NCBI GenBank assembly: GCA_036507075.1
Contig: DASXQR010000073.1
Span: 1-64,000, forward strand
Reading direction: 5' to 3'
Length of the DNA: 64,000 nt
From: Acidobacteriota bacterium
Lineage (GTDB): Bacteria; Acidobacteriota; UBA6911; JACQSX01
How positions within the stretch are numbered: the stretch's first letter is position 1; each line of letters begins with the position of its first letter. The translations under genes and the position numbers were made by a program. Below, piece by piece: positions 31,367 to 41,373 of this stretch. A model generated the notes under the pieces. It saw nothing but the letters and a program-made list of their open reading frames with translations. It made no database searches and was not told the origin of the DNA.

Positions 31367-32683
31367 ATGCGCCACAGCCAGCAATCTCGTGAAAAGCCGG
31401 CAGACAAGACCGCCGTCGCCGTCGTGGAGCGCGCGTATGTCTCCTTTACACCCGAGCCGGTGTTCAAGCAGAAGCTCGCCAACGGCCTTAAAGTCCTGAT
31501 CAAAGAAGACCACAGCAATCCTATTGTCACCACCATGATCTGGTATCGGGTGGGCGCCCGCAATGAGAGGCCCGGAATCACCGGCGTCTCACATTTTCTC
31601 GAACACATGATGTTCAAGGGGACCGACCAATACCGCAGGGGGATGATTGATTTCATCACCATGGTCAATGGGGGTTCCAACAACGCTTTCACGTCGAACG
31701 ATTACACCGCGTATTACTTTAGCTTCGCTTCCGACCGTTGGATCCATGCGCTCGATATCGAAGCCAACCGGATGCGGCACAATGACTTCGTGCTGGAGGA
31801 ATTCCAGCTTGAAAAACATGTGGTCATCGAAGAGCTCAAGATGGACTTGGATTCGCCCTGGGGGGTTTTGCGAAGGGCCGTCGAAGCCAAGGCGTTTCGA
31901 GCACACCCGTACCGGTTCCCCGTTATCGGGCGCCTGGAAGACCTGCGCCGGCTGAACCTGCATCAGATGCGCAGCTTTTATGACGCCTATTACCGCCCGA
32001 ACAACGCCACACTGGTAGTGGTGGGGGATGTGGATTCGCATGACGCCCTGGCGCAGATCCGGCAGAGATTTGAAAAGATCGAGCCGGCCGCGATTCCCCG
32101 ACCGCGAATACCTGACGAACCTCCGCAGGAGCAGCAGCGGCGGGTGCTGATTCACATGCCGACCAATGTGACGCGCATGATGGTGGCATTTCGCAGCCCC
32201 GCTGTAACGTCGCCGGATATTTACGTCATTCCTTTGATCGACAAGATCCTGTCGGAAGGCAAGCTGTCCCGCCTCTATCAGCGACTGGTCGAGCAGGAGC
32301 AATTGACCACTTTCATCAGCGCCGAATTCAGCGAGTCGATCGATCCTCACCTGTTTTATATTCGGGGCGAACTCAACGCCGGCGTGGATCCCCGGCTGGT
32401 CGAACATGTTCTGTTCCAGGAACTGGCGTGCCTGCAGCGTGAACCGGTTTCGGTTGACGAGCTGCAGAGGGCGCGCAACCAGCTTTCCGCGCAATATCTG
32501 TCCGGCTTTGAGACGACCATGGACCAGGCGATTCAGTATGGAATTTTTGAAACTATCGCGAGCCACCACATACTCGAGCAATATATGGCGCGCATTCAGC
32601 AGGTGACGGCGGCCGACATTCAGCGGGCTGCTCAGAAATACTTCCAGAAGCGAAAAAGCACCGTCGGATTTGTTGTCGCATGA
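31367..32683 (+). CDS. M16 (pitrilysin-like) zinc peptidase, catalytic subunit
   Basis: HFLEH inverted zinc motif, NAFTSNDYT, YYRPNNA; GGGAGG RBS. Confidence 0.93.
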   Translation: MRHSQQSREKPADKTAVAVVERAYVSFTPEPVFKQKLANGLKVLIKEDHSNPIVTTMIWYRVGARNERPGITGVSHFLEHMMFKGTDQYRRGMIDFITMVNGGSNNAFTSNDYTAYYFSFASDRWIHALDIEANRMRHNDFVLEEFQLEKHVVIEELKMDLDSPWGVLRRAVEAKAFRAHPYRFPVIGRLEDLRRLNLHQMRSFYDAYYRPNNATLVVVGDVDSHDALAQIRQRFEKIEPAAIPRPRIPDEPPQEQQRRVLIHMPTNVTRMMVAFRSPAVTSPDIYVIPLIDKILSEGKLSRLYQRLVEQEQLTTFISAEFSESIDPHLFYIRGELNAGVDPRLVEHVLFQELACLQREPVSVDELQRARNQLSAQYLSGFETTMDQAIQYGIFETIASHHILEQYMARIQQVTAADIQRAAQKYFQKRKSTVGFVVA

Positions 32684-33939
32684 AGAGCCCTGCAATTCCT
32701 GTTCTGCGGCAGGCGCTTCCAAACGGCGTTGTGCTGCTGATTTCTCCGAACGCCAAGATCCCGATGGTTCACGTCAACGTCGTGGTGCGCTGCGGCACGG
32801 CGGACAATTCCCCGCACCGCAGCGGCCTGGCTTCACTGATGGCCCGCATGCTCGACGAAGGAACCTCCCGCTACACGCATCAGCAGATCGCCGAGATTAT
32901 TGAAAATCTGGGAGGATCCCTGGGCACCTTCAGCAGCCGTGAACTGAGCGGCGTTTCGGTGATGGTGTTGAGCAAGGACGTCCTTCAGGGTATCGAGCTT
33001 GCTCACGCCGTGGCCACCGATCCTTCCTTCCCGGAAGAGCGCCTCAAGGTCGAAAGGGATAAAGTTCTGAACCAGATCCGGAGTACGGCCGACAATCCTC
33101 AGATTGTGGCCAGCAACGAGTTCAACCGCATCGTGTACCAGCGCCATCCCGTGGGGGAGCCGATTCTGGGAGAGCTGGAAACAATAAGCGAAGTGACGGC
33201 TTCCGAGCTCAGGGATTTCCACACGCAGATGTTTGCTCCCGATTACACCATCGTCGCTGTAGTGGGAGACGTCCATGTGGAGACCTGCAACGAGTGGCTG
33301 GCCGAAAAATTCAGCGCATGGCGGAATCCACACCGGCGGCAAGCCAGCTACCCGGCGCTGGAAAAGTTGGCGTGCAAGGTGAGCCGGGAAATCCCGCTGC
33401 CCAAGGAGCAGATCAATATCTATCTCGGACACCTGGGAATCACACGCAGCGACCCCGACTACTACGCGCTGCAGGTGATGGATGTTGTGCTGGGCGGCGG
33501 ACCCGGATTCACTTCGCGCATTCCGGCCAAACTGCGCGACCAGCAGGGCCTCGCTTACTCCACTTACAGTGACATCAGCGGCACCGCCGGCATTTTCCCG
33601 GGACGATTTGCGGCATTTATCAGCACCTCTCCGCAGAATCGCGATCTGGCCATCGAAGGACTTTTGCGCGAGATCAAAACGCTGATAGACGAGGGCATCA
33701 CCGACCAGGAACTATCCGACGCCCAGTCCTACCTGACCGGCAGTTTTGTTTTCGATTTTCAATCCAACGGTCACGTTGCCAGATTTCTGCTTTCTGCCGA
33801 GATCTTCGGCCTGGGTTTCGATTATCTGGATCGCTATCCGGCCATTATCGGCGAAATCTCGAAAGGCGACGTCAACCGCGTCGCCCGCGACCATCTGGAC
33901 GCGGAGAACTACGCCGTGGTGGTCGCCGGGCCCGTCTAA
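32680..33939 (+). CDS. M16 peptidase, non-catalytic partner subunit
   Basis: LPNG, GLASLMARML (no HxxEH), LGGGPGFTSR..LRDQQGLAY; ATGA overlap. Confidence 0.9.
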   Translation: MKSPAIPVLRQALPNGVVLLISPNAKIPMVHVNVVVRCGTADNSPHRSGLASLMARMLDEGTSRYTHQQIAEIIENLGGSLGTFSSRELSGVSVMVLSKDVLQGIELAHAVATDPSFPEERLKVERDKVLNQIRSTADNPQIVASNEFNRIVYQRHPVGEPILGELETISEVTASELRDFHTQMFAPDYTIVAVVGDVHVETCNEWLAEKFSAWRNPHRRQASYPALEKLACKVSREIPLPKEQINIYLGHLGITRSDPDYYALQVMDVVLGGGPGFTSRIPAKLRDQQGLAYSTYSDISGTAGIFPGRFAAFISTSPQNRDLAIEGLLREIKTLIDEGITDQELSDAQSYLTGSFVFDFQSNGHVARFLLSAEIFGLGFDYLDRYPAIIGEISKGDVNRVARDHLDAENYAVVVAGPV

Positions 33940-33969
33940 GGTTTGATCATCTATCCGACATTTCCTGAA

Positions 33970-34066
33970 AATGCGGATTGCGGAATGCGGAATGTGGAAT
34001 AATGTGGGTTTTGCGCGAAGCTTGTAGTTGCTATTCCGCATTCCACATTCCGCATTCCTCAATTCC
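33970..34066. repeat. inverted heptamer array, family A
   Basis: AATGCGGATTGCGGAATGCGG.. / ATTCCGCATTCCACATTCCGCATTCC upstream of tldD. Confidence 0.88.
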
Positions 34067-34101
34067 AAGTAGAATAAGCAACCTTACAACGAAAACTTCC
34101 G

Positions 34102-35523
34102 GTGGAAAACTTCTTCGAACAGAAATTCGGCCTGACCGAGGCGCTCTACCAGCAGCTTCTAGGCCGGGCCCTGTCAGGCGGCGGAGATTTCGCGGAGATA
34201 TTCCTACAGTACCGGATCGCCGAGCAGATCCATCTGGAGGAAGGCCGGATCAAGGACCCGACCCGGGTGATTTCCAAAGGCGCGGGCCTGCGCGTCAACG
34301 CCGGCGAGAAGACCGGTTACGCCTACTCGGAAGACCTGACGCCCGAGGAGCTGGCGTCCGCCGCGGAAACGTCTTCCTGCATCGCCAGCTCTGCGCGCGA
34401 TTTCAAAATTTCACTGGGCGCGCCTGCCACGCCGGACCGAGACCTGTACTCGCCCGAAACGCCGCTGATAGAGCTGGTCCTTTCCGAAAAGTTGGATCTG
34501 CTGCGGCGCGCCGACGCGGCGGCCAGAAGCTACGACAGGCGCATCAAAGAAGTCCGCGTTTCTCTGCTGAATGAAATCTCCTGGATTACCGTAATCAACT
34601 CTTCCGGTGTCTTTGTTTCGGATCGAAGACCGTTAACGCGATTCAATGTTTTTGCGGTGGCGGAAGATGGAAAATCGCGCCAGATGGCGCAAAAAGGGGG
34701 CGGTGGGAGAATCGGAAAGGAATTTTTCCGGCAGAACACCCCGGAATTCTTTGCTTCCGAGGCGGCTCGAATTGCAGTCGTGACTCTGGACGCCGATCCG
34801 GCGCCCGCCGGTGAGATGGATGTTGTTCTCGGCCCCGGATGGCCGGGGATTCTGTTGCACGAAGCGGTCGGCCACGGGCTGGAAGCCGACTTCAATCGCA
34901 AAAAGAGCTCCGCCTTCGCCGGAATGCTGGGGCAGCGAGTGGCCTCCGATGAATGCACCGTGATCGATGATGGAACCATTCCACGGCTTCGAGGGTCTTT
35001 GAACATCGATGACGAAGGCACCCGCAGCGAGCGCACCGTGCTCATCGAGCGCGGGATACTGAAGGCTTTCATGCAGGATCGGCTGAGCGCCCGGTTGACG
35101 GGAGCGCCACTGACCGGCAATGGGCGGAGGGAAAGCTACCGGCATATCCCGCTGCCCCGCATGACCAATACTCATATGCTGGCCGGCCAACACGCTCCAG
35201 ATGAGATCCTAAGAACAGTTCAGCAGGGCCTGTATGCTCCCGGATTTGGCGGCGGGCAGGTGGACATTACCAGCGGCAAGTTCGTTTTCACCACCAGCGA
35301 GGCTTACTTAATCGAAGGCGGCAGGATTACGCGTCCGGTCCGGGGAGCCACGCTCATTGGAAATGGCCCGGATGCCTTAAAGCGCATGGTCGCCGTGGGA
35401 AGCGATCTGCAGTTCGATGAGGGCGTCGGCACGTGCGGAAAGGAGGGGCAGTTTGTGCCCGTAGGGGTCGGCATGCCCACCGTGAAACTGGCGCGCATGA
35501 CTGTAGGGGGAACAAGCGTGTGA
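34102..35523 (+). CDS. tldD: metalloprotease TldD
   Basis: GWPGILLHEAVGHGLE, DDEG, TGNGRRESY, PRMTNT, CGKEGQ. Confidence 0.96.
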   Translation: MENFFEQKFGLTEALYQQLLGRALSGGGDFAEIFLQYRIAEQIHLEEGRIKDPTRVISKGAGLRVNAGEKTGYAYSEDLTPEELASAAETSSCIASSARDFKISLGAPATPDRDLYSPETPLIELVLSEKLDLLRRADAAARSYDRRIKEVRVSLLNEISWITVINSSGVFVSDRRPLTRFNVFAVAEDGKSRQMAQKGGGGRIGKEFFRQNTPEFFASEAARIAVVTLDADPAPAGEMDVVLGPGWPGILLHEAVGHGLEADFNRKKSSAFAGMLGQRVASDECTVIDDGTIPRLRGSLNIDDEGTRSERTVLIERGILKAFMQDRLSARLTGAPLTGNGRRESYRHIPLPRMTNTHMLAGQHAPDEILRTVQQGLYAPGFGGGQVDITSGKFVFTTSEAYLIEGGRITRPVRGATLIGNGPDALKRMVAVGSDLQFDEGVGTCGKEGQFVPVGVGMPTVKLARMTVGGTSV

Positions 35524-36881
35524 AAATCCCAAGATGCGAGCAGCTTCTCGAGATCGCGGAGGAAGCGGTGCGCCAGGCGTTGCGTTATGGATCCGACCAG
35601 GCCGATGTCTTTCTTTCCAACGAAAAAGAAGTCCATGTCCTCACCCGGAATCGCGAACTCGAGATCTTGAAGCAGGCTGGAAGCAGCGCCCTGGGATTGC
35701 GCGTCATCGTGGATCACCGCAGCGCCCTTGTCTCCACTTCCGACCTGTCGCTGCCCGCAGTCGAGCAACTGGCGCAGCAGGCCATCGAAGTAGCGCGCCA
35801 GACTTCCGAAGATCCGCATATTTCGCTGCCCGAGAAGGATTGTTATCGCGATCTTCCTTTTGTCGAACGCTGGCTGGACACGGAAGGATTGAGAGTCAAC
35901 ACCGAACGGAGAGTCTCAATGGCGCGGGAGGCGGAACAGGCGGCGTTCGACTTTGATCCCCGAATCCAGATCAGCGAGGCGGGCACTTTTAGCAGCAGCG
36001 AGAACATTTTTTGCTACGCGAACTCCCACGGTTACTCCGGCGTTTTTCCTTTCAGCCAGTTTTCGATGTCCGCAAATCCAATCGCAGTCGAAGACGGACA
36101 GATGCAGCGCGACTTCTGGTACACTGCCGCGCCCGCCTTGTCGGGCCTGCGCAGTCCGGCGGAGGTGGGTACAATCGCGGCGCGCCGCGCGGTGCGACGG
36201 CTGGGGGCGCGAAAGACAGCCACCTGTGAAGTACCGGTGGTTTTTGATCCCTACACCGCCCAGTCCCTGGTACAGGAGATTTGCAATGCTCTCAATGGGG
36301 CGGCAATTTATCGCAGAGCCTCTTTTCTCAGGGATCGCCTCGGAGAACCGGTCGCCTCCAGGGAAGTGACGATTATCGATGATCCCACCTTGCCGCGCGG
36401 GCTCGGATCGCGGCCCTTTGACGGTGAAGGCCTGCTGACGTCTCCCTTGACCCTGATTCGCGAAGGAAGGCTGACAAGCTTTTTACTGGATTCTTATTCG
36501 GCGCGAAAACTGGGGCTGCCGGCCACGGCCTGCGCGGTACGCAGCAGTGCTTCGACACCTTCACCGGGCCCTTCCAATTTTTATCTGAAACCCGGGCGCC
36601 TCACGCCCGAAGATCTGGTCTCGGGCGTGCAGCGGGGTTTGTATGTCACCGAATTGATCGGATTCGGCGTAAATCTTGTAAATGGAGACTACAGCCGGGG
36701 AGCCGTCGGGCTTTGGATCGAGAACGGAGAGTTGACGTATCCGGTTCATGAAGTCACTATTGCCGGAAATTTGAGCACAATGCTCCACCACATTGAGGCA
36801 GTCGCCAACGATATCGAATTTTTGGGTCCAATCGCTTCGCCTTCGTTTAAGATTTCCACTATGACGATCAGTGGAACATAA
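35520..36881 (+). CDS. pmbA: TldE/PmbA family protein
   Basis: MQRDFWY, SRPFDGEG, YSARKLG, GDYSRGA, TIAGN; GTG start overlapping the tldD stop. Confidence 0.93.
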   Translation: MKIPRCEQLLEIAEEAVRQALRYGSDQADVFLSNEKEVHVLTRNRELEILKQAGSSALGLRVIVDHRSALVSTSDLSLPAVEQLAQQAIEVARQTSEDPHISLPEKDCYRDLPFVERWLDTEGLRVNTERRVSMAREAEQAAFDFDPRIQISEAGTFSSSENIFCYANSHGYSGVFPFSQFSMSANPIAVEDGQMQRDFWYTAAPALSGLRSPAEVGTIAARRAVRRLGARKTATCEVPVVFDPYTAQSLVQEICNALNGAAIYRRASFLRDRLGEPVASREVTIIDDPTLPRGLGSRPFDGEGLLTSPLTLIREGRLTSFLLDSYSARKLGLPATACAVRSSASTPSPGPSNFYLKPGRLTPEDLVSGVQRGLYVTELIGFGVNLVNGDYSRGAVGLWIENGELTYPVHEVTIAGNLSTMLHHIEAVANDIEFLGPIASPSFKISTMTISGT

Positions 36882-36897
36882 AGCCTGAGTCGCAGCC

Positions 36898-37404
36898 ATG
36901 AACCTGAAGCTGGAACCGCAACGGCCGCAGGAATCCGGAAGGAAAACAATACTGCTGGGCGCTGCCGTGGCAGCGGTCATTATTGCCGCAATAATCTTCG
37001 TCTGGATGAAATCGGCTACCAACCCAGGGCCGTCCACGGTGGAAGGCATGCTCCGTCCGGGCGACATCGAATTCCAGCGCTACCGCGGCACCATCACAAT
37101 CGAGCAACAGAAGGCTACCCTGTCGCGCAACTATATGAACACGCGAGTCATTTCGGTCAGCGGCGTAATCCACAATGGCTCGGATCGCTGGGTAGATTCC
37201 GTCGAGGTTCAGGTGTCGCTGAAGGCAGGCGATCAGATAATCCTTCAGCAAAAGAGAATGGTGGTGGGCGGCGGAAACGGCAAGCCTCTTCCTCCGCGCT
37301 CGGACTACAGCTTCTCCATCTGGATCGAACAACTGCCGAAAGATTGGACCGGCGGCCCCGCTGAAGTCGAGATCAGCGGCTTTAGATTTGCGCGTATTTC
37401 ATAG
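36898..37404 (+). CDS. membrane-anchored hypothetical protein (FxLYD/Ig-like)
   Basis: N-terminal TM helix, VSGVIHNGSD, PLPP..F beta-sandwich pattern. Confidence 0.65.
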   Translation: MNLKLEPQRPQESGRKTILLGAAVAAVIIAAIIFVWMKSATNPGPSTVEGMLRPGDIEFQRYRGTITIEQQKATLSRNYMNTRVISVSGVIHNGSDRWVDSVEVQVSLKAGDQIILQQKRMVVGGGNGKPLPPRSDYSFSIWIEQLPKDWTGGPAEVEISGFRFARIS

Positions 37405-37458
37405 ACGCCAAGCTGATGGGGCCGAACCGAAACTAAGATCGCTTTGGTTGCGGCTACC

Positions 37459-37533
37459 GTGCCTTTGTGTCTTTGTGTCTTTGTGCCTTTGTGGTTAAGG
37501 AAAATCGCACCACAAAGACACAAAGGGCACGAA
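37459..37533. repeat. inverted family D variant (GTCTTTGT / ACAAAGAC)
   Basis: GTGCCTTTGTGTCTTTGTGTCTTTGTGCCTTTGTGG ... CCACAAAGACACAAAGGGCAC. Confidence 0.85.
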
Positions 37534-37542
37534 GAATCCTAC

Positions 37543-39558
37543 ATGACCATAGTTCGCTGGGACAACCTGAAGAGAATACTGAAACCGCAGCGCCGCATCA
37601 CGCGTCTGACGCTGCTCGGCTTGATCCTTTTTGCGATCGGCGAACTGGTGGAGCGCAGTGTTCCTGATTCGATCTTCAGCATTCTGACAACAGTCGGGCT
37701 GGTGCTGCTGTTCATCGGCGGGATTTATTTCTTCTTTCGCTTTGTCGCCTGGCTGCAGCGCAGGCTGCTGTGGAAAGTAAGAAACAAAATCCTGGTTTCC
37801 TACGCCTTCATCGGCATTGTGCCGCTGGTCCTGATTTCGATCATGACCTGGCTGATGGCCAAGCTGGTGTTCGGTCAGTTGGGCGCCTTCTACGTCCGAT
37901 CGGCAATCGAGGAGGTACTGAGCGAGCTGGATGAAATGAACACGGACCTGCATCTCCAGCAGGCGAGAACTCTGGCGAGCCCCGGGCCGGCTTCGGAAAA
38001 CGATGCGATGCGGCTGGTCCCCGAACAAGCGCGCCGGGATTATCCCGATCTCCAGTTGAGAATTTACCGGGAACGCAGCGGGTCCTACCAGGAGCTGCCT
38101 TCGGGCCGGCCGCTTCCCTCCTGGATAAAGCCGCCTAAATGGAAGGGCATCACGATCGAGCAGGGAGTGCTGAGTCTGCAGAGCATTAGATTCAGCCCGC
38201 CCGGTCAGGGCGACTATGCCACCGAAGTGTCACTGCCATTGAACAGAGGTCTGGTGGAAACGCTGAAGCAGAAAACCGGTGTTGAAATCTCGCAGTTTTC
38301 GCCTGCTGCGGGATCTGAAGAGCAGAAGTCGGCCTCCCCCAACAGGAGTGCCATTACCATCCGGATCGGGCCGAATGCTGACAAGGCGGATCCCAACTTC
38401 AAACCAAGTAGCCGCAGCGTGTGGGTTCTTGTGCTGCAGCCCCAGGAGAGATCCAACGGCGATGTTTCCCTTGCCGCATTCTCATTGCTTGCTCCCCTGT
38501 CGATCCGCGACATCTTTAATTACTATTTTCAAAACAGCCGTGAGGTCGCTAAGTTTTTGTACGTACTGCTCCTTTTGGTCGGCGGCGCGCTGCTTTTTGT
38601 GGAGCTCGTCTCGGTGGTCATCGGCCTTGTAATCGCGCGCTCGATAACCCGCTCGGTTCACCAGCTTTCCCTTGGCACAAGTAGCATCCTTGCGGGGAAT
38701 TTCGACTATCGCGTGGCTGCCAGCGACCGGGACCAGCTCGGCCAACTGGCGCAGACCTTCAATCAGATGTCTTCACGCATCCAGCAGCTCCTGGTGGAAT
38801 CCGCGGAGAAGCAAAGACTGGAGAAGGAAATTGAGATCGCGCGCGAAGTCCAGTCACAACTGTTCCCGCGCTACGTTCCCAAATCGAGCCGGCTCGATCT
38901 GAGCGGGACCTGCCTTCCGGCCCAGGGAGTGAGCGGCGACTATTATGATTTTCTGAGCTACTCAAATTCGATCGACCTGATCATTGGAGACATCAGCGGC
39001 AAGGGTATTTCGGCTGCTCTGCTGATGGCAAATCTCCAGTCCACGATCCGCAGTCATGCAGGTGTGACAGGCGCCACGACACCTGACGGGGTCGGCGGCA
39101 TCGCTCGAATTGTGCACCTGATCAACCGGCAGCTTTATGACAACACTCTTCCGGAAAAATACGCCACTCTTTTTTATGGCCGCTACAGCATGGACGAATC
39201 CGCCTTGCTCTACTGCAATGCCGGACATAACCCACCGCTGTTGTTCTGCAACGGCTCGGTCTCGCGCCTGGAGGAGGGCGGTACCGTGGTGGGATTATTT
39301 GACAGTTCCGTGTACCGCGAGTCGAAGCTCATCTTAAAAAAGGGAAACCTTCTGGTGCTGTATACCGACGGTTTAACGGAGGCGCAAAATCCCGACGGGC
39401 AGGAGTTCGGAGAGCGCCGCCTGGTGGATCTGATCTCCGCGCATCTTTCCTTATCTGCCGCCAGGCTGCAGTATCTGATCACTGATGAAATTCAGAAGTG
39501 GATGTCAGGCGGCGCGCAGAGTGACGACATCACACTGGTCGTGGCCCGCGTAAATTGA
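37543..39558 (+). CDS. HAMP + SpoIIE/PP2C serine phosphatase (RsbU-like), membrane-bound
   Basis: TM helices, HAMP (DQLGQLAQTFNQM), VSGDYYDF, GDISGKG, NAGHNPP, YTDGLTEA, DDIT. Confidence 0.93.
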   Translation: MTIVRWDNLKRILKPQRRITRLTLLGLILFAIGELVERSVPDSIFSILTTVGLVLLFIGGIYFFFRFVAWLQRRLLWKVRNKILVSYAFIGIVPLVLISIMTWLMAKLVFGQLGAFYVRSAIEEVLSELDEMNTDLHLQQARTLASPGPASENDAMRLVPEQARRDYPDLQLRIYRERSGSYQELPSGRPLPSWIKPPKWKGITIEQGVLSLQSIRFSPPGQGDYATEVSLPLNRGLVETLKQKTGVEISQFSPAAGSEEQKSASPNRSAITIRIGPNADKADPNFKPSSRSVWVLVLQPQERSNGDVSLAAFSLLAPLSIRDIFNYYFQNSREVAKFLYVLLLLVGGALLFVELVSVVIGLVIARSITRSVHQLSLGTSSILAGNFDYRVAASDRDQLGQLAQTFNQMSSRIQQLLVESAEKQRLEKEIEIAREVQSQLFPRYVPKSSRLDLSGTCLPAQGVSGDYYDFLSYSNSIDLIIGDISGKGISAALLMANLQSTIRSHAGVTGATTPDGVGGIARIVHLINRQLYDNTLPEKYATLFYGRYSMDESALLYCNAGHNPPLLFCNGSVSRLEEGGTVVGLFDSSVYRESKLILKKGNLLVLYTDGLTEAQNPDGQEFGERRLVDLISAHLSLSAARLQYLITDEIQKWMSGGAQSDDITLVVARVN

Positions 39559-39567
39559 TGTGTGCTC

Positions 39568-39683
39568 GTAGAGACGCGATAAATCGCGTCTGAGTGGGGC
39601 GCGATAAATCGCGCCCAGCGCCGCTTTGCGGCGCGGACGCGACATGTCGCGTCCAACTCAGACGCGGCATGCCGCGTCTCTAC
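39568..39683. repeat. GTAG-type REP cluster (five hairpins)
   Basis: GTAGAGACGCGATAAATCGCGTCT ... AGACGCGGCATGCCGCGTCTCTAC with three internal hairpins. Confidence 0.8.
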
Positions 39684-39741
39684 GCAGGAAAATGTCCAAA
39701 CTCCGGGCCAAACTTTGGCACGCAATCATTTGGAGGCGACA

Positions 39742-40611
39742 ATGAAAAGACGATCATTCCTTGAACTGGCGACAGCGACGTCAGTTTCCGGTTTTGTCTC
39801 GAAGCGGGCGATGGCGCGCCCGCAGCCCAATCGTCTGGGTCTTTCAATCACATGGGGCATGTTCAGAAACATGCCTGCACCTGAGGCGCTGTCCCATCTG
39901 GCGAGGCTTGAATACGACGCTTTTGAAATGTTCAACTGGCGAGATGCCGTGCTCCTGGACGCCATCGCCGGCGAGATGAAGAAGTACAAACTGGAGTGCG
40001 CGACGTTGACGGCCAACAGGGGCGTCAAGGCCCCTGGTTGCAGTCTGACCAATCCGCGCGAGCGTGAAGCGTTCCTGGAACAAGTCGGGCTGGCGGTCCA
40101 GGCTGCCAAAAAAGTCGATTGCAAACGATTTGTAATCCTCACGGGGGATGAAGTGCCCGGAATGACCCGGGCGGAAATGATGGACAGTTGCGTCGCGGGA
40201 TTGAAGGCGGCGGCTCCAACGCTGGAAAAGAATGAGATTTCGGCCGACGTCGAGGTCTTGAACACTTATGTCAACCATCCGGGATATTTCCTGTACTACG
40301 TGCGCGACGGCGCCGAGATGATTGACCGCGTCGGCAGCCCCAATGTGAAGATCCTGTTTGATATCTACCATGTGCAGATCATGGAGGGAAATCTGATCCA
40401 GAACATCCGGACTCACATCAAGCGGATCGGCCATTTCCACATCGGCGACGTGCCCGGGCGCCACCAACCCGGAACGGGCGAGATCAATTATCGAAATGTG
40501 TTCAAAGCGATTTACGATCTGGGTTTCCAGGGAACGGCCGCTCTCGAATACAGTCCCACCATTCCCCTGCTCGAAGACATGGCCGCGATGCGAAAGCTGA
40601 CGACGTTTTAA
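39742..40611 (+). CDS. Tat-exported hydroxypyruvate isomerase / xylose-isomerase-like TIM barrel protein
   Basis: MKRRSFL twin-arginine signal; EVLN..HPGY, FDIYHVQIMEGN, PGRHQPGTGEINY; GGAGG RBS. Confidence 0.88.
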   Translation: MKRRSFLELATATSVSGFVSKRAMARPQPNRLGLSITWGMFRNMPAPEALSHLARLEYDAFEMFNWRDAVLLDAIAGEMKKYKLECATLTANRGVKAPGCSLTNPREREAFLEQVGLAVQAAKKVDCKRFVILTGDEVPGMTRAEMMDSCVAGLKAAAPTLEKNEISADVEVLNTYVNHPGYFLYYVRDGAEMIDRVGSPNVKILFDIYHVQIMEGNLIQNIRTHIKRIGHFHIGDVPGRHQPGTGEINYRNVFKAIYDLGFQGTAALEYSPTIPLLEDMAAMRKLTTF

Positions 40612-40652
40612 GAAGGTAGGCTGCACGATACAGAGAAGAACGTTAAGGCGAG

Positions 40653-40695
40653 AAAAAGCCGACCACATCTACGTGCACGTGGTCGGCTTTTATTT
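40653..40695 (+). terminator. intrinsic terminator
   Basis: AAAAGCCGACCAC-N12-GTGGTCGGCTTTTATTT after the TIM-barrel gene. Confidence 0.7.
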
Positions 40696-40847
40696 CTTCC
40701 GGCGGATGCGACTGACACAGGGCGCGCGCCGCTCCTTCCGGTCGCGGCTCTGTGGATCCCGGACACCACCGAAGCACTTCCTTCCCATGCTTAAATGACT
40801 TCAGAGATTGCCCCATCGGAATCTCGATCCACGAAAGGAGTGGTCTT

Positions 40848-41207
40848 ATGCGAAAAATCTGCTATCTCGTGCCGCTGGTCATCTTTGTTCTCAGCATGGT
40901 GTCGGGAGTCGCGGCCCAGCAAACCTGGGTCGGAAAAATCAGTGACAGCATGTGCGGCGCGAAACATATGTCGGGGGAACACGGAGCTAAGAAGATGAGT
41001 GATCGCGAATGCACGCTGGCATGTATAAAGAAAGGCGCCAAGTACGTGTTCGTGAAGGGTGGAAAGGTTTTCGACATTTCCAACCAGGATTTTGCAGGAC
41101 TGGAAACGCATGCCGGCCACACGGTACGCCTCACCGGCGACCTGTCGTCCGATGGCAAGTCCGTCACGGTTGCCAAGATAACGATGCCGGGCAAAAAGAA
41201 GGCTTAA
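40848..41207 (+). CDS. small secreted Cys/His/Met-containing hypothetical protein
   Basis: AAGGAG RBS, signal peptide, SDSMCGAKHM..CTLACIKKGAKY. Confidence 0.8.
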   Translation: MRKICYLVPLVIFVLSMVSGVAAQQTWVGKISDSMCGAKHMSGEHGAKKMSDRECTLACIKKGAKYVFVKGGKVFDISNQDFAGLETHAGHTVRLTGDLSSDGKSVTVAKITMPGKKKA

Positions 41208-41211
41208 CCGA

Positions 41212-41361
41212 CGGTGGTCAGTTGTCCGTTGTCAGTTGTCCATTGTCAGTTGTCCATTAGTCGGTGGTTCTTGCATACTTGGTCTGGAAACTACAACTGA
41301 CACAACAGACCACGGACTACTGACAACGGACCACGGACAACGGACAACTGACAACGGACCA
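41212..41361. repeat. inverted heptamer array, family F (CAGTTGT/CCGTTGT and ACAACTG/ACAACGG)
   Basis: GGTCAGTTGTCCGTTGTCAGTTGTC ... GACAACGGACAACTGACAACGGACC between convergent genes. Confidence 0.9.
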
Positions 41362-41373
41362 AAAACACTTTTT

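Noticed and set aside
37444..37542. N-terminal extensions in the ORF track (also 2815-2919, 48395-48463, 53961-54152)
   Set aside because: They run through repeat arrays; downstream starts give normal N-termini or signal peptides
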